A stretch of DNA of 31,496 nucleotides, from positions 1-31,496 of the IMG/VR virus record IMGVR_UViG_643348547_000005. One strand, written 5' to 3'. Shown piece by piece: positions 1 through 9,688 of this stretch. A program made the translations under genes and the position numbers. Position 1 is the stretch's first letter; each line of letters starts with the position of its first letter. A model generated the notes under the pieces. The model saw only the letters and a list, made by a program, of their open reading frames with translations, was not told the DNA's origin and ran no database searches. Source of the stretch: a virus (taxonomy: Duplodnaviria > Heunggongvirae > Uroviricota > Caudoviricetes).

Positions 1-19
1 CTATTTGATAAATATTAAA

Positions 20-1315
20 TTAATTTTTCATTGCTTCGTTATGGGGCATGGTTGGGGCAAACTCGCTTAACTGTGTATTTAACAAAGCTACCTGTGCATT
101 ATTGTTTTCAGACATCCATTTTCCGTATACCTGAAATACCATTTGCGCATCTGCATGGCCCATCTGGTTTGCTATAAATGCCGGGTTAGCACCAGCTGTC
201 AGCGACCAGCAGGCATAAGTATGTCTCGACTGATATGATTTTCGATGGCGGAGTCCGGCACGTTTTATCGCTGCGTCCCACATCTGCCTTATTGAGTCAA
301 CGGTAAAATGGTCACCATAATTTTTTACTCTCGCTGACACTTCAGGTTGAAAAACAAAGGTGCATTTTTGTTTTTCTGTTCTGCCATACTCTCTGAGGTG
401 AACATCAATGATATGCTCTTTGCTCAGTCTCGTTAATGTCATCTGACTCCGGAGAGCGTCGATTGCTGGCTTAATAAGATGAATGACCCGATTGGTTCCC
501 GCCTGTGTTTTTGGTACCGTGAAACGGTCTTTTGCTAAATTTCTCCTGATCATCATTGTTCCATTTTTCAGATCTATGTCCTCCCATCCAAGTGCACACA
601 GCTCACCAGGGCGAACTCCAGTATAAACAGAAACACACCATAAATTTTTTGCTTGCTGATTTCTGCACGCATCGATAAGACGGATAAATTCTTCCCGCGA
701 AAGAGGATCCGGAATGGTTCTTGATTCCTTTAATGGCGAGATCCCCTTAAACGGATTATCTGCCAGGTAACCGTTATCAACACCAAACTGGAACACGGCG
801 TTAAGATTTGTCATGTAATTATTTACAGTTACAGCCGATCTCCCTGGTTGTGTAACAATATAGTTACTTTTGGGGATCTGGTATCCAGTCAGTAACTCTT
901 TACGAACCTCCAGTAATTTTTCTTTATTAATCGATGAGGCAAGATTTTTTTCACCGATTATGCTCAGGATATTTTTGATGACGGCACGGTATGTGTTGAG
1001 TGATGTTTTGGCGACTTCAGTTTCTTTCAGTGCCAGAAATTTTTCAGCCAGTTCTTTTATGGTTAAATCTTGTCGGGCCTCACCAAATTTTTCCAGATTG
1101 CGTGAGGAGGGAAACTGTTTTGCATAGTCGAAAACACCAGTTTTTATTGCGTAACAAACAGAGGAGCGTAGTTCACCTGCAACGCGCCTGTTTTTTGCTG
1201 TGTCAGGAACCCCCAGATTTTCCCTGACTCTTACGTCTTTATAAACAAACCAGATACGTAATTTCCCTCCATGGTTTTCCACGCCTGTCGGATATTTCAT
1301 TTCAACTTCTCTCAT
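20..1315 (-). CDS. int: phage tyrosine integrase (site-specific recombinase)
   Basis: 431-aa ORF at the prophage edge, next to an excisionase-like ORF; C-terminal region has the integrase-like RHTYACWSL / MGHADAQMVFQVYGKW context. True start may be the internal Met at 1300 (MKYPTG...), which has a GAGAAG SD-like sequence upstream. Confidence 0.8.
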   Translation of the reverse strand: MREVEMKYPTGVENHGGKLRIWFVYKDVRVRENLGVPDTAKNRRVAGELRSSVCYAIKTGVFDYAKQFPSSRNLEKFGEARQDLTIKELAEKFLALKETEVAKTSLNTYRAVIKNILSIIGEKNLASSINKEKLLEVRKELLTGYQIPKSNYIVTQPGRSAVTVNNYMTNLNAVFQFGVDNGYLADNPFKGISPLKESRTIPDPLSREEFIRLIDACRNQQAKNLWCVSVYTGVRPGELCALGWEDIDLKNGTMMIRRNLAKDRFTVPKTQAGTNRVIHLIKPAIDALRSQMTLTRLSKEHIIDVHLREYGRTEKQKCTFVFQPEVSARVKNYGDHFTVDSIRQMWDAAIKRAGLRHRKSYQSRHTYACWSLTAGANPAFIANQMGHADAQMVFQVYGKWMSENNNAQVALLNTQLSEFAPTMPHNEAMKN

Positions 1316-1334
1316 TAGTTAGTGTGGTTTTTAG

Positions 1335-1550
1335 TCAAGTAAGATGACGTCTTGGTCTCGCTGATGCCTGGCGCTCAATCCAGCGATCAATTTCCTCCAG
1401 GTTGTAAAAGCATGGACTGTTATCCCATGGCATACCGTCATGAGCGACATGCTTATATTCCCTTCCTTCCATAAACGATTTTTCCCGGGCCTTTTTTAAC
1501 GTACCTTTTTTATTCCTTTCAGCGCAATTAACTGCTCTTCGGATACCCAT
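1335..1550 (-). CDS. small excisionase-like / hypothetical phage protein
   Basis: 71-aa basic ORF immediately upstream of and co-oriented with int, the classic xis position. No motif recognised with certainty; start codon uncertain. Confidence 0.35.
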   Translation of the reverse strand: MGIRRAVNCAERNKKGTLKKAREKSFMEGREYKHVAHDGMPWDNSPCFYNLEEIDRWIERQASARPRRHLT

Positions 1551-1657
1551 TTGCCGGGAGAGACAATCATGATTACTTCGCTCATCGATTTCTTTATCTC
1601 TTACATCAGACGAGCGCCGGTTGCAGAATACCAGTCACAACCGGCGACAGTTGAACA

Positions 1658-2200
1658 TTAAGAATCAGCCTGACTCGGGATCAGTTTTTGCCAGATAACT
1701 GAAACGTATTTTGCCTGGTAACGGGCGTCATCAAGTGCATTATGGCGCTCACCTTCGAATGGAATAGCCGTTCTGGCATCGAAGTCTATGGCTTTCCCCA
1801 GCTCAACGATTGTGCGTACATCGCGATCGTTGTAGTAACGCCACGGGCAGGGGATCCCCTGCCGTTCGTATGAACGGCGCAAAATCGTGTTGTCGAAGTT
1901 GGCTCCATTTCCCCAAACCTGAACAAAAAATTCACCGGAGTTTTCGTCGATAAATTCTCGCAATTGTAACAGTGCATCATCTAACGGGATTTCATCGGTC
2001 ATAATGGCAGATTGCGCTTCGCGTGATTGCTTAAGCCACCATTTAATGGTGTCCCGATCAATGACTCCGCCAGCAGTTTCCAGATCGATAGTCTTACTAA
2101 ATTCCGGTCCCATATCTCCGGTTTGCGGATCGAAAAATATTGCACCTATTGAGATGATCGGGGCATCAGGATTTTTTCCCATGGTTTCAAGGTCGATCAT
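1658..2200 (-). CDS. DEDDh-type 3'-5' exonuclease-like phage protein
   Basis: 180-aa ORF with IDLETMG (Exo I-like D-x-E) near the N-terminus and HNALDDA (H-x4-D) near the C-terminus, the signature of DnaQ-like DEDDh exonucleases. Confidence 0.65.
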   Translation of the reverse strand: MIDLETMGKNPDAPIISIGAIFFDPQTGDMGPEFSKTIDLETAGGVIDRDTIKWWLKQSREAQSAIMTDEIPLDDALLQLREFIDENSGEFFVQVWGNGANFDNTILRRSYERQGIPCPWRYYNDRDVRTIVELGKAIDFDARTAIPFEGERHNALDDARYQAKYVSVIWQKLIPSQADS

Positions 2201-2303
2201 TAGATGGTCACACGTCCTGCTGGTGGATGTGATTTCGTGATGACCGTTCTGAACCGCCCCGGGAATCCTGGAGACTAAACTTCCTGAGAAAGAGGTAAAC
2301 AGG

Positions 2304-2630
2304 ATGACTAAAAATACTCGTTTTTCCCCCGAAGTCCGTCAACGGGCAGTCCGTATGGTTCTGGAAAGTCAGAGCGAATATGACTCACAATGGGCGACAA
2401 TTTGTTCCATTGCTCCAAAGATTGGCTGTACGCCGGAGACTCTGCGTGTCTGGGTTCGCCAGCATGAGCGGGATACCGGGGGCGGTGATGGAGGGCTCAC
2501 CACCGCTGAACGTCAGCGTCTGAAAGAGCTGGAACGTGAAAATCGTGAACTGCGCCGCAGTAACGATATCCTTCGCCAGGCTTCCGCTTATTTTGCGAAG
2601 GCGGAGTTCGACCGCCTCTGGAAAAAATGA
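2304..2630 (+). CDS. IS629 OrfA (IS3-family transposase N-terminal HTH/leucine-zipper protein)
   Basis: 108-aa [22 protein letters not shown]... with the [13 protein letters not shown] coiled-coil typical of IS3-family OrfA; ends in an A6 run at the orfA/orfB overlap. Confidence 0.85.
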   Translation: MTKNTRFSPEVRQRAVRMVLESQSEYDSQWATICSIAPKIGCTPETLRVWVRQHERDTGGGDGGLTTAERQRLKELERENRELRRSNDILRQASAYFAKAEFDRLWKK

Positions 2631-3044
2631 TGCCACTGCTGGATAAGCTGCGTGAGCAGTACGGGGTCGGACCGCTATGCAGCGAACTGCATATTGCCCC
2701 GTCAACGTATTACCACTGTCAGCAACAGCGACATCATCCGGATAAACGCAGTGCCCGTGCGCAGCGCGATGACTGGCTGAAGAAAGAGATACAGCGCGTA
2801 TACGATGAAAATCACAAGGTATACGGTGTGCGTAAAGTCTGGCGTCAGTTGTTACGGGAAGGTATCAGAGTGGCCAGATGCACTGTGGCACGTCTCATGG
2901 CGGTTATGGGACTTGCCGGTGTTCTCCGGGGTAAAAAGGTCCGTACGACCATCAGCCGGAAAGCCGTTGCCGCAGGCGACCGCGTAAACCGTCAGTTCGT
3001 GGCAGAACGACCTGACCAGCTGTGGGTGGCTGATTTTACTTACG
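2627..3044 (+). CDS. IS629 OrfB transposase, 5' exon (interrupted by group II intron after codon ...ADFTY)
   Basis: -1 frame relative to orfA; reads ...[12 protein letters not shown] and then runs into intron sequence. Exon 1 ends with G at 3044, the first base of a Val codon. Confidence 0.8.
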
Positions 3045-3700
3045 GTGTGCCCGGAGTTCAGGGCGGGCATGGATGCTTAAATGAACCGCGAGTCTGTCTG
3101 GAATATTGAACCGGTAACTCACGATGAGAAACCCAACAATCCCACCGGGTGTGACGGTGGAGAACCTGAGCGGCAGTGACCTGCGGCATGCCCGCAGGGT
3201 GATGTAACCCGCTGACAACGGGGATTGAGGCGAGATCACTAAGCCGAGATGATCCTCAAGGTTAAGTACTGAAAGGCTGAAGAACATGAACCCGTTAATC
3301 CGCCTCTGTGGGTTGAAAACGTCACCACGGCCTACGTGATCTGACAGGCCGTGCAGGAGGAACTGGCAGTGATACGTAAGCACTGCCGGTCGAAGGTGTT
3401 TTGACATGTATGCGAAACACCGGGGCAGCAGCGTCTATCACGCTTGCGTTGCTGACTTCTGCCAACTTGCGGCAAGCAAGGATAAAGAGTGCGACGGGCA
3501 GCCTCCTCAGTATGCCTGAGTCCAGGCAGGTAAACCGGGGAAGGTCAGCGACGGATGTTAAGGGGGCATGGCTCCGATGACGCGCTGGCTGGCGGAGCTT
3601 CCGTAGTAGTCCGCGATGGGGAAAGCCCATTACATGGCGAAGGGAAGCAGTTTGAATGTGTTTGCGACGTGAATTAACTGACCTAACGAGGTGAAGACCT

Positions 3701-5224
3701 TTGATAATCAGCGAAATGCAACGCAAGCTTGCCACATGGGCAGCCACCGATCCGTCCCTACGGATTCAACGGCTGCTGCGTCTAATAACACAACCAGAAT
3801 GGCTGGCTGAAGCGGCGCGGATCACGCTTTCATCAAAGGGGGCCCATACCCCCGGCGTTGATGGCGTGAACAAAACAATGCTACAGGCCAGACTGGCTGT
3901 TGAGCTGCAAATCCTCAGGGATGAATTACTCTCAGGCCACTACCAGCCCTTGCCCGCCAGACGGGTTTACATCCCTAAAAGCAACGGCAAACTGCGACCA
4001 CTGGGTATCCCCGCGTTGCGGGATCGTATTGTTCAGCGGGCCATGCTGATGGCGATGGAGCCGATATGGGAGAGTGATTTTCATACGCTCTCATATGGCT
4101 TCCGGCCTGAGCGCAGTGTCCACCACGCGATCCGCACGGTGAAATTACAGCTCACAGACTGCGGTGAAACCCGGGGACGCTGGGTGATTGAAGGCGACCT
4201 GTCCAGTTACTTCGACACCGTACATCATCGACTGCTGATGAAGGCTGTACGCCGCAGGATCAGTGACGCACGTTTCATGACTCTGCTGTGGAAAACCATC
4301 AAGGCGGGACATATCGATGTCGGTCTCTTTCGGGCGGCCAGTGAAGGTGTGCCACAGGGCGGTGTTATATCGCCGCTATTATCGAACATCATGCTGAATG
4401 AGTTCGATCAATACCTGCATGAGCGCTACCTGAGCGGGAAAGCCAGAAAAGATCGGTGGTACTGGAATAACAGTATCCAACGGGGCCGAAGTACGGCGGT
4501 CAGAGAAAACTGGCAGTGGAAACCCGCGGTGGCGTACTGCCGCTATGCCGATGATTTTGTCCTCATCGTCAAAGGCACCAAAGCACAGGCGGAAGCCATC
4601 AGGGAGGAGTGTCGGGGTGTGCTCGAAGGCAGTCTGAAACTCAGGCTGAACATGGATAAGACTAAAATCACCCATGTTAATGACGGCTTTATCTTTCTGG
4701 GGCACAGGATCATTCGCAAACGCAGTCGTTATGGCGAGATGCGAGTGGTCTCAACGATCCCGCAGGAGAAAGCCAGAAACTTCGCCGCATCGCTGACAGC
4801 ACTGTTATCAGGCAACTACAGTGAAAGCAAAGTCGATATGGCTGAACAACTCAACCGAAAACTGAAAGGCTGGGCCATGTTCTATCAGTTCGTTGATTTT
4901 AAGGCCAAAGTCTTCAGTTATATCGACCGTGTCGTGTTCTGGAAGCTGGCTCACTGGCTGGCCCGCAAATACCGTACAGGTATCGCTTCCCTGATGAGGT
5001 GGTGGTGTAAATCACCGAAACCGGGTCAGAGCAAAACGTGGGTTTTATTTGGTAAAACCAATCACGGCAAGCTCAGCGGCGAAATACTGTACCGGTTGGT
5101 GGGGCAAGGCAAGAAGCTGTTCCGCTGGCGGCTACCCGAAGGTAATCCCTATCTGAGGACGGAGACCAGAAACACGTATACATCGCGCTTTACAGAAGTG
5201 GCAATGGCGTTCGCCAGCATTTAA
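3701..5224 (+). CDS. group II intron-encoded protein (reverse transcriptase / maturase)
   Basis: 507 aa; RT motifs including the catalytic YADDFV (…AYCRYADDFVLIV…) and upstream LRPLGIPALRDRIVQ / PQGGVISPLLSNIML blocks; C-terminal maturase-like region; lies inside intron domain IV. Confidence 0.9.
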   Translation: MIISEMQRKLATWAATDPSLRIQRLLRLITQPEWLAEAARITLSSKGAHTPGVDGVNKTMLQARLAVELQILRDELLSGHYQPLPARRVYIPKSNGKLRPLGIPALRDRIVQRAMLMAMEPIWESDFHTLSYGFRPERSVHHAIRTVKLQLTDCGETRGRWVIEGDLSSYFDTVHHRLLMKAVRRRISDARFMTLLWKTIKAGHIDVGLFRAASEGVPQGGVISPLLSNIMLNEFDQYLHERYLSGKARKDRWYWNNSIQRGRSTAVRENWQWKPAVAYCRYADDFVLIVKGTKAQAEAIREECRGVLEGSLKLRLNMDKTKITHVNDGFIFLGHRIIRKRSRYGEMRVVSTIPQEKARNFAASLTALLSGNYSESKVDMAEQLNRKLKGWAMFYQFVDFKAKVFSYIDRVVFWKLAHWLARKYRTGIASLMRWWCKSPKPGQSKTWVLFGKTNHGKLSGEILYRLVGQGKKLFRWRLPEGNPYLRTETRNTYTSRFTEVAMAFASI

Positions 5225-5229
5225 ATGGA

Positions 5230-5263
5230 GAGCCGGATGCGCTGAAAGGTGCACGTCCGGTTC
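5230..5263 (+). ncRNA. group II intron domain V (catalytic hairpin)
   Basis: 34 nt GAGCCGGATGCGCTGAAAGGTGCACGTCCGGTTC forms the conserved DV stem-loop with GAAA tetraloop and 5' AGC triad, directly after the IEP stop. Confidence 0.8.
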
Positions 5264-5286
5264 GGGGAGGAGAGGCAGGGAAATAG

Positions 5287-5787
<501 letters not shown>

Positions 5788-5829
5788 GTTCACAGATAAA
5801 ACACTCTCCAGGAAACCCGGGGCGGTTCA

Positions 5830-6260
5830 CTGAAGCATTCTGGGCTTTGAAAGAGCGCCCGAACATCGATGTTCAGCGTGTCACATATGAAGGTGGCGCG
5901 ATTGATCAGCGAGCGCTTGGCGTTAATCGAGTGAAGATATTTGAACGCTGGAAGGCTATCGACACCAGGGATAAGCGTGAAAAGTTCACGGCGCTAGTGC
6001 CTGCAATTATGGAGGCTATCCGGATTAATGATTTCAGGTTGTATCGTGAAATTACTGACGGAAAAAGCATCACGTGCATGATCGCCGGGTTAAACAAAGA
6101 ATATGGCGATGTGGTGGAGTCCGGACTGCTTTTTGCTGATCCTGCCGTAGTGGATCGTGAAACTGACGAACTTATAGAAAAAGCAATTGCTTTCAAACTT
6201 GCGTATCGACAGCAATACCAACAAAAAGCTGGATGGAATTATGAGCCTTCTTTTTGCTGA
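5830..6260 (+). pseudogene. 5'-truncated hypothetical phage gene (cut by IS629 right end)
   Basis: The frame is open from the IS629 boundary (…EAFWALKERPNIDVQRV…) with no upstream start; the 5847 'start' in the ORF track is a TTG. Function not recognised. Confidence 0.4.
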
Positions 6261-7206
6261 ACGCCCACTGGTTATAAACACGCAGCTGGCAATGAAAATT
6301 GGCTTAAACGAAGCCATTGTTTTGCAACAACTGCACTACTGGTTGAGAGATACCAACTCCGGCATGGAATGTGATGGTGTTCGCTGGATTTATAACACAA
6401 CGGAACAATGGCTGGAACAGTTCCCATTCTGGTCAGAGTCAACGTTAAAGCGCGCGTTTGCAAGTCTGAAAACGCTGGGGCTTTTGCGTTGTGAAAAGCT
6501 CAATAAATCAAAGCGCGATATGACCAATTTCTACACGATCAACTATGGGAGCGAGCTTTTAGATGGTGGCAAATTGAGCGAATCCATCGGTTCAAAATGC
6601 GCCGCTCCATCAGGTCAAAATGACACGATGGAAGAGGTCAAAATGAAACGCTCCATTGGTTCAAAACGACCCAATGTCATCGGGTCAAAATGGCCTGATG
6701 ATCTTACAGAGAATACAACAGAGATTACTACAGAGAATAAAAACACTTTTCGTCCGGAAGCTTCGCAACCGGACCCGCAGACGACTGAACAGGATTTTTT
6801 AACCCGGAACTCCGACGCGGTTGTGTTTAGTGCGAAAAAACGCCAGTGGGGTAGCAGGGAGGATTTGGCGTGTGCGCAGTGGATCTGGGGGCGGATCGTG
6901 GGTCTCTACGAACAGGCAGCCAGTGATGATGGCGAGATCATGCGACCAAAAGAGCCTAACTGGACTGCCTGGGCCAATGACGTGCGCACAATGCGGATGC
7001 TGGATGGCAGAAGCCACAGACAAATTTGCGAAATGTTTGGTCGGGTTCAGCGAGATCCATTCTGGGTAAAAAACATCATGAGCCCGTCAAAGCTCCGCGA
7101 AAAATGGGACGAACTGGTCATCCGCCTGGGACGTTCACCTGTACAGCGTTGTGTTAATCATATTTCTGAACCGGATACAGAAATTCCGCCTGGTTTCAGA
7201 GGATAA
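6241..7206 (+). CDS. lambda-O-like replication initiator (iteron-binding)
   Basis: ATG at 6241 (MSLLFAERPLVINTQLAMKIGLNEAIVLQQLHYW… HTH-like N-terminal domain); five iterons lie inside the coding region and encode a repeated SIGSK-type linker; C-terminal domain follows. Family assignment is by architecture, not by identity. Confidence 0.6.
   Translation: MSLLFAERPLVINTQLAMKIGLNEAIVLQQLHYWLRDTNSGMECDGVRWIYNTTEQWLEQFPFWSESTLKRAFASLKTLGLLRCEKLNKSKRDMTNFYTINYGSELLDGGKLSESIGSKCAAPSGQNDTMEEVKMKRSIGSKRPNVIGSKWPDDLTENTTEITTENKNTFRPEASQPDPQTTEQDFLTRNSDAVVFSAKKRQWGSREDLACAQWIWGRIVGLYEQAASDDGEIMRPKEPNWTAWANDVRTMRMLDGRSHRQICEMFGRVQRDPFWVKNIMSPSKLREKWDELVIRLGRSPVQRCVNHISEPDTEIPPGFRG
6583..6692. repeat. 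iteron array (putative phage ori) inside the initiator gene
   Basis: Five copies of a roughly 18-bp motif (TCCATCGGTTCAAAATGC, TCCATCAGGTCAAAATGA, GAGGTCAAAATGA, TCCATTGGTTCAAAACGA, GTCATCGGGTCAAAATGG) with exact 23-bp periodicity, followed by an A-rich segment (ACAGAGAATACAACAGAGATTACTACAGAGAATAAAAACAC). Confidence 0.7.
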
Positions 7207-7246
7207 GTGTTGATTTCAGGTCATGAGGTAATTTTAAGGGGGACTT

Positions 7247-7669
7247 GTGGCAAAAGTTTTTACACAAGAAGAGCGGGAAAAAATTAAATGGCAGGTGGTG
7301 GAACTCGTGCGCCAGAGCGGCCGTGAGACGTTACGGCAACTGGAAGCTAAAACAGGTGCGACTAGATATCTGATGAGCGTTCTTGCCAGAGAGCTGGTAG
7401 CCAGTGGCGATGTATACAACTCCGGCTACGGGTTATTCCCCTCTGAACAGGCGCGTAAGGACTGGCAAAACGCCCGCAAAAAACTCTCGAGGGCAAAGGT
7501 GAAGAAACCTGCTGTGGTTGATCCGGACCTTATCTGGTCATCACCTGACGGAGAAATACGTCGCTACGACAGTCGCCTAAACATAATCTGTCGCGAGTGC
7601 CGGAAGAGCGAAGTTATGCAGCGCATACTGGCTTTCTATCAGGGTAATTTTCAGGACGTGGCGCAGTGA
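7247..7669 (+). CDS. hypothetical phage protein (HTH-like), in the position of a replication/nin gene
   Basis: 140-aa ORF immediately downstream of the initiator; its stop overlaps the next gene's GTG start (GTGA). Confidence 0.45.
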   Translation: MAKVFTQEEREKIKWQVVELVRQSGRETLRQLEAKTGATRYLMSVLARELVASGDVYNSGYGLFPSEQARKDWQNARKKLSRAKVKKPAVVDPDLIWSSPDGEIRRYDSRLNIICRECRKSEVMQRILAFYQGNFQDVAQ

Positions 7670-8022
7670 GTGCACCGGCAACCATTCTTGATATGTGCTG
7701 TGGCAGCCGCATGTTCTGGTTCGATAAGTCTGACGAACGGGCGATATTCAGCGATATCAGAAAAGAAGGATACACATTACGCAATGGGAGACGCTTGATT
7801 ATCAGCCCTGACATTATCGCAGATTTTCGTGCATTATCATTTGCAGACGCATCTTTTTCGATGGTTGTATTAGACCCTCCGCATCTTGAGAGTGTTGGTG
7901 ATAACGCCTGGATGGGAAAGAAATATGGACGGCTGAATAAAGATGCCTGGCGTGATGATTCGCGACAGAGATTTAAAGAAGCCTTTCGGGTGTTGAGGCC
8001 GCACGGCGTTCTGATTTTTTAA
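7666..8022 (+). CDS. SAM-dependent DNA amino-methyltransferase-like protein, probably truncated
   Basis: Motif I-like ILDMCCGSRMF, motif IV DPPH (VVLDPPHLE), then LRPHGVLIF; only 118 aa and ends in a T6 run, so likely incomplete. Confidence 0.5.
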   Translation: MSAPATILDMCCGSRMFWFDKSDERAIFSDIRKEGYTLRNGRRLIISPDIIADFRALSFADASFSMVVLDPPHLESVGDNAWMGKKYGRLNKDAWRDDSRQRFKEAFRVLRPHGVLIF

Positions 8023-9174
8023 TGGAATGAAACGCAAATACCGGTAAGCCAGATTCTGGCACTGACAGACAGAAAACCTGTTATCTGTCAACGAACAGGG
8101 AAAAAACGATAAAACCCACTGGATTATTTTTATGAAAGAGGCATCCAGTGAGTAGATTCGTAAGGCTACAGATACGTATATCTGAATAATTAAATTCAGT
8201 TCTGTAAATAAAATTTAATCCTTAACCGGATGGATTTCTGCACCCTCAGAACATCAGGAGGCCGCCCGAAAGGGCGGTAGTGAAATGCGAAAGTTCAAAA
8301 TTATTATTGAAACGGGAATAGCTGGTGGAGATTTTGAGGATGTATTCGAAGTGGACGATGACGCAACACCTGAGGAAATTCATGACGGAGCATAAGAAAT
8401 TTTCTTTAACTACTGCAATTACTCATACCACGAAATAAAAGACGATGAGGAAGAACAAAGTGGCTGATTTTTGTTCAGCTAAATATAACATCAGTTTTGA
8501 AGAGCGGGATGAACTATTAATGGACTATGGTGAGTTACGCGGTGGAAGTGCTGCTGATGTCGAATCCTAGCGTGATGACTATGAAGCGGGAAAAACTCCG
8601 GTCGAAGCATATTGTGATGAGTGGGGCGATGAATGAGCGAGATTAATTATCAGGAAGGGCATGAAACGGCGGGGCAAGCAAAACCAGTGGCATGGCGATA
8701 TCGCTACGTGAAAAAAGGCGTTACGGACTTTCAGGGGAAGTAGTGGTCTGGTGACTGGAAATATGTACCGAAAAAAGAGGATTGTAACGACAGGCCGAAC
8801 TATCAAATTCAGGCCTTATTCACTGCCTCACCAGTCCCAGTTACATCAGAAGAACTGGTTAAAGCTGTGCACTTTTATGAACAACTAAAACGCGAAAATC
8901 CACCAACATCCGGCAACTAGATTAATGGATTAACTATGTCGGTTAAACGACCAGCCAACTGAAAAAGCGGAAACCTGATTACAGGTTGCCAGATAAGGCA
9001 ATGAGCTACCTGGCGCGGAACGGACTGATAAGTATGGGGAATGTTTTACGATGAACCTTTAGACTAAAGAGTTTGTAACGCTATGTAAGTGATTTTTTCT
9101 GGTTTAGATATTTATATGTCCGGCCAAATTGAGGTGTGTTTAAATGTAATTGCACATTGATTGTAGGAGGAATA

Positions 9175-9354
9175 ATGAAAAACGCATTGCAGTTTTTGTT
9201 TGTTGCGTTCTGGTTGTTCGCATCATGTATGCCCATCATCTTCACAGCAAGGTATATGGAAAAAGTTGATGTTTTGATATTAATATTTGGATATATAAAT
9301 GCCCTTTTTTTAGGGGTGTTCATGGCGGTCATGTGCATTGAATACTGGCGGTAA
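9175..9354 (+). CDS. small hydrophobic (membrane) protein, hypothetical
   Basis: 59-aa ORF MKNALQFLFVAFWLFASCMPIIF… preceded by a strong AGGAGG SD at 9165..9170; two hydrophobic segments. Confidence 0.4.
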   Translation: MKNALQFLFVAFWLFASCMPIIFTARYMEKVDVLILIFGYINALFLGVFMAVMCIEYWR

Positions 9355-9688
9355 ATACAGCGAACTCCATTGGTTTAGTTGGATATTTACTGTGCTGGAC
9401 AAAAACGGTTTGCGGGGAAATCTTAGTTAAGTAGAATGACTGCGGGTGCTTGAGGCTATCTGCCTCGGGCATGGACACCAACGGCAGATAGAGAAAAGCC
9501 CCAGTTAACATTACGCGTCCTGCAAGACGCTTAACATTAATCTGAGGCCAATTTCATGCTAGACACATGTAGGTTAGCCTCTTACGTGCCGAAAGGCACG
9601 GAGAAGCAGGCTATTGTTAACACCAAGCTGTAATGTCCCCTTTGAACCATTCTAAAATGTCCCCAGACAATTCTCTGGGGGATTTTTC

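Noticed and set aside
1-19. A prophage attachment site at the window start
   Set aside because: Only 19 bp precede the integrase stop; there is not enough sequence to identify a core att repeat or a tRNA target.
3701-5224. The RT ORF (and its copy at 28902..30425) as a retron or defence-associated reverse transcriptase
   Set aside because: It sits inside a canonical group II intron (GTGTG 5' end, domain V/VI right after the stop, maturase-like C-terminus) and the intron interrupts a transposase gene at a splice-compatible position; no msr/msd-like partner or effector gene is nearby.
6583-6692. The regularly spaced repeats as a CRISPR array
   Set aside because: Repeat unit plus spacer is only 23 bp, the repeats are imperfect, there are no unique 30-bp-class spacers, and the array lies inside an ORF; it fits an iteron origin instead.
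9450-9688. A tRNA or tmRNA gene in the hairpin-rich region
   Set aside because: No 7-bp acceptor stem with a matching 3' end, no GTTCNANNC T-loop and no cloverleaf spacing could be found.
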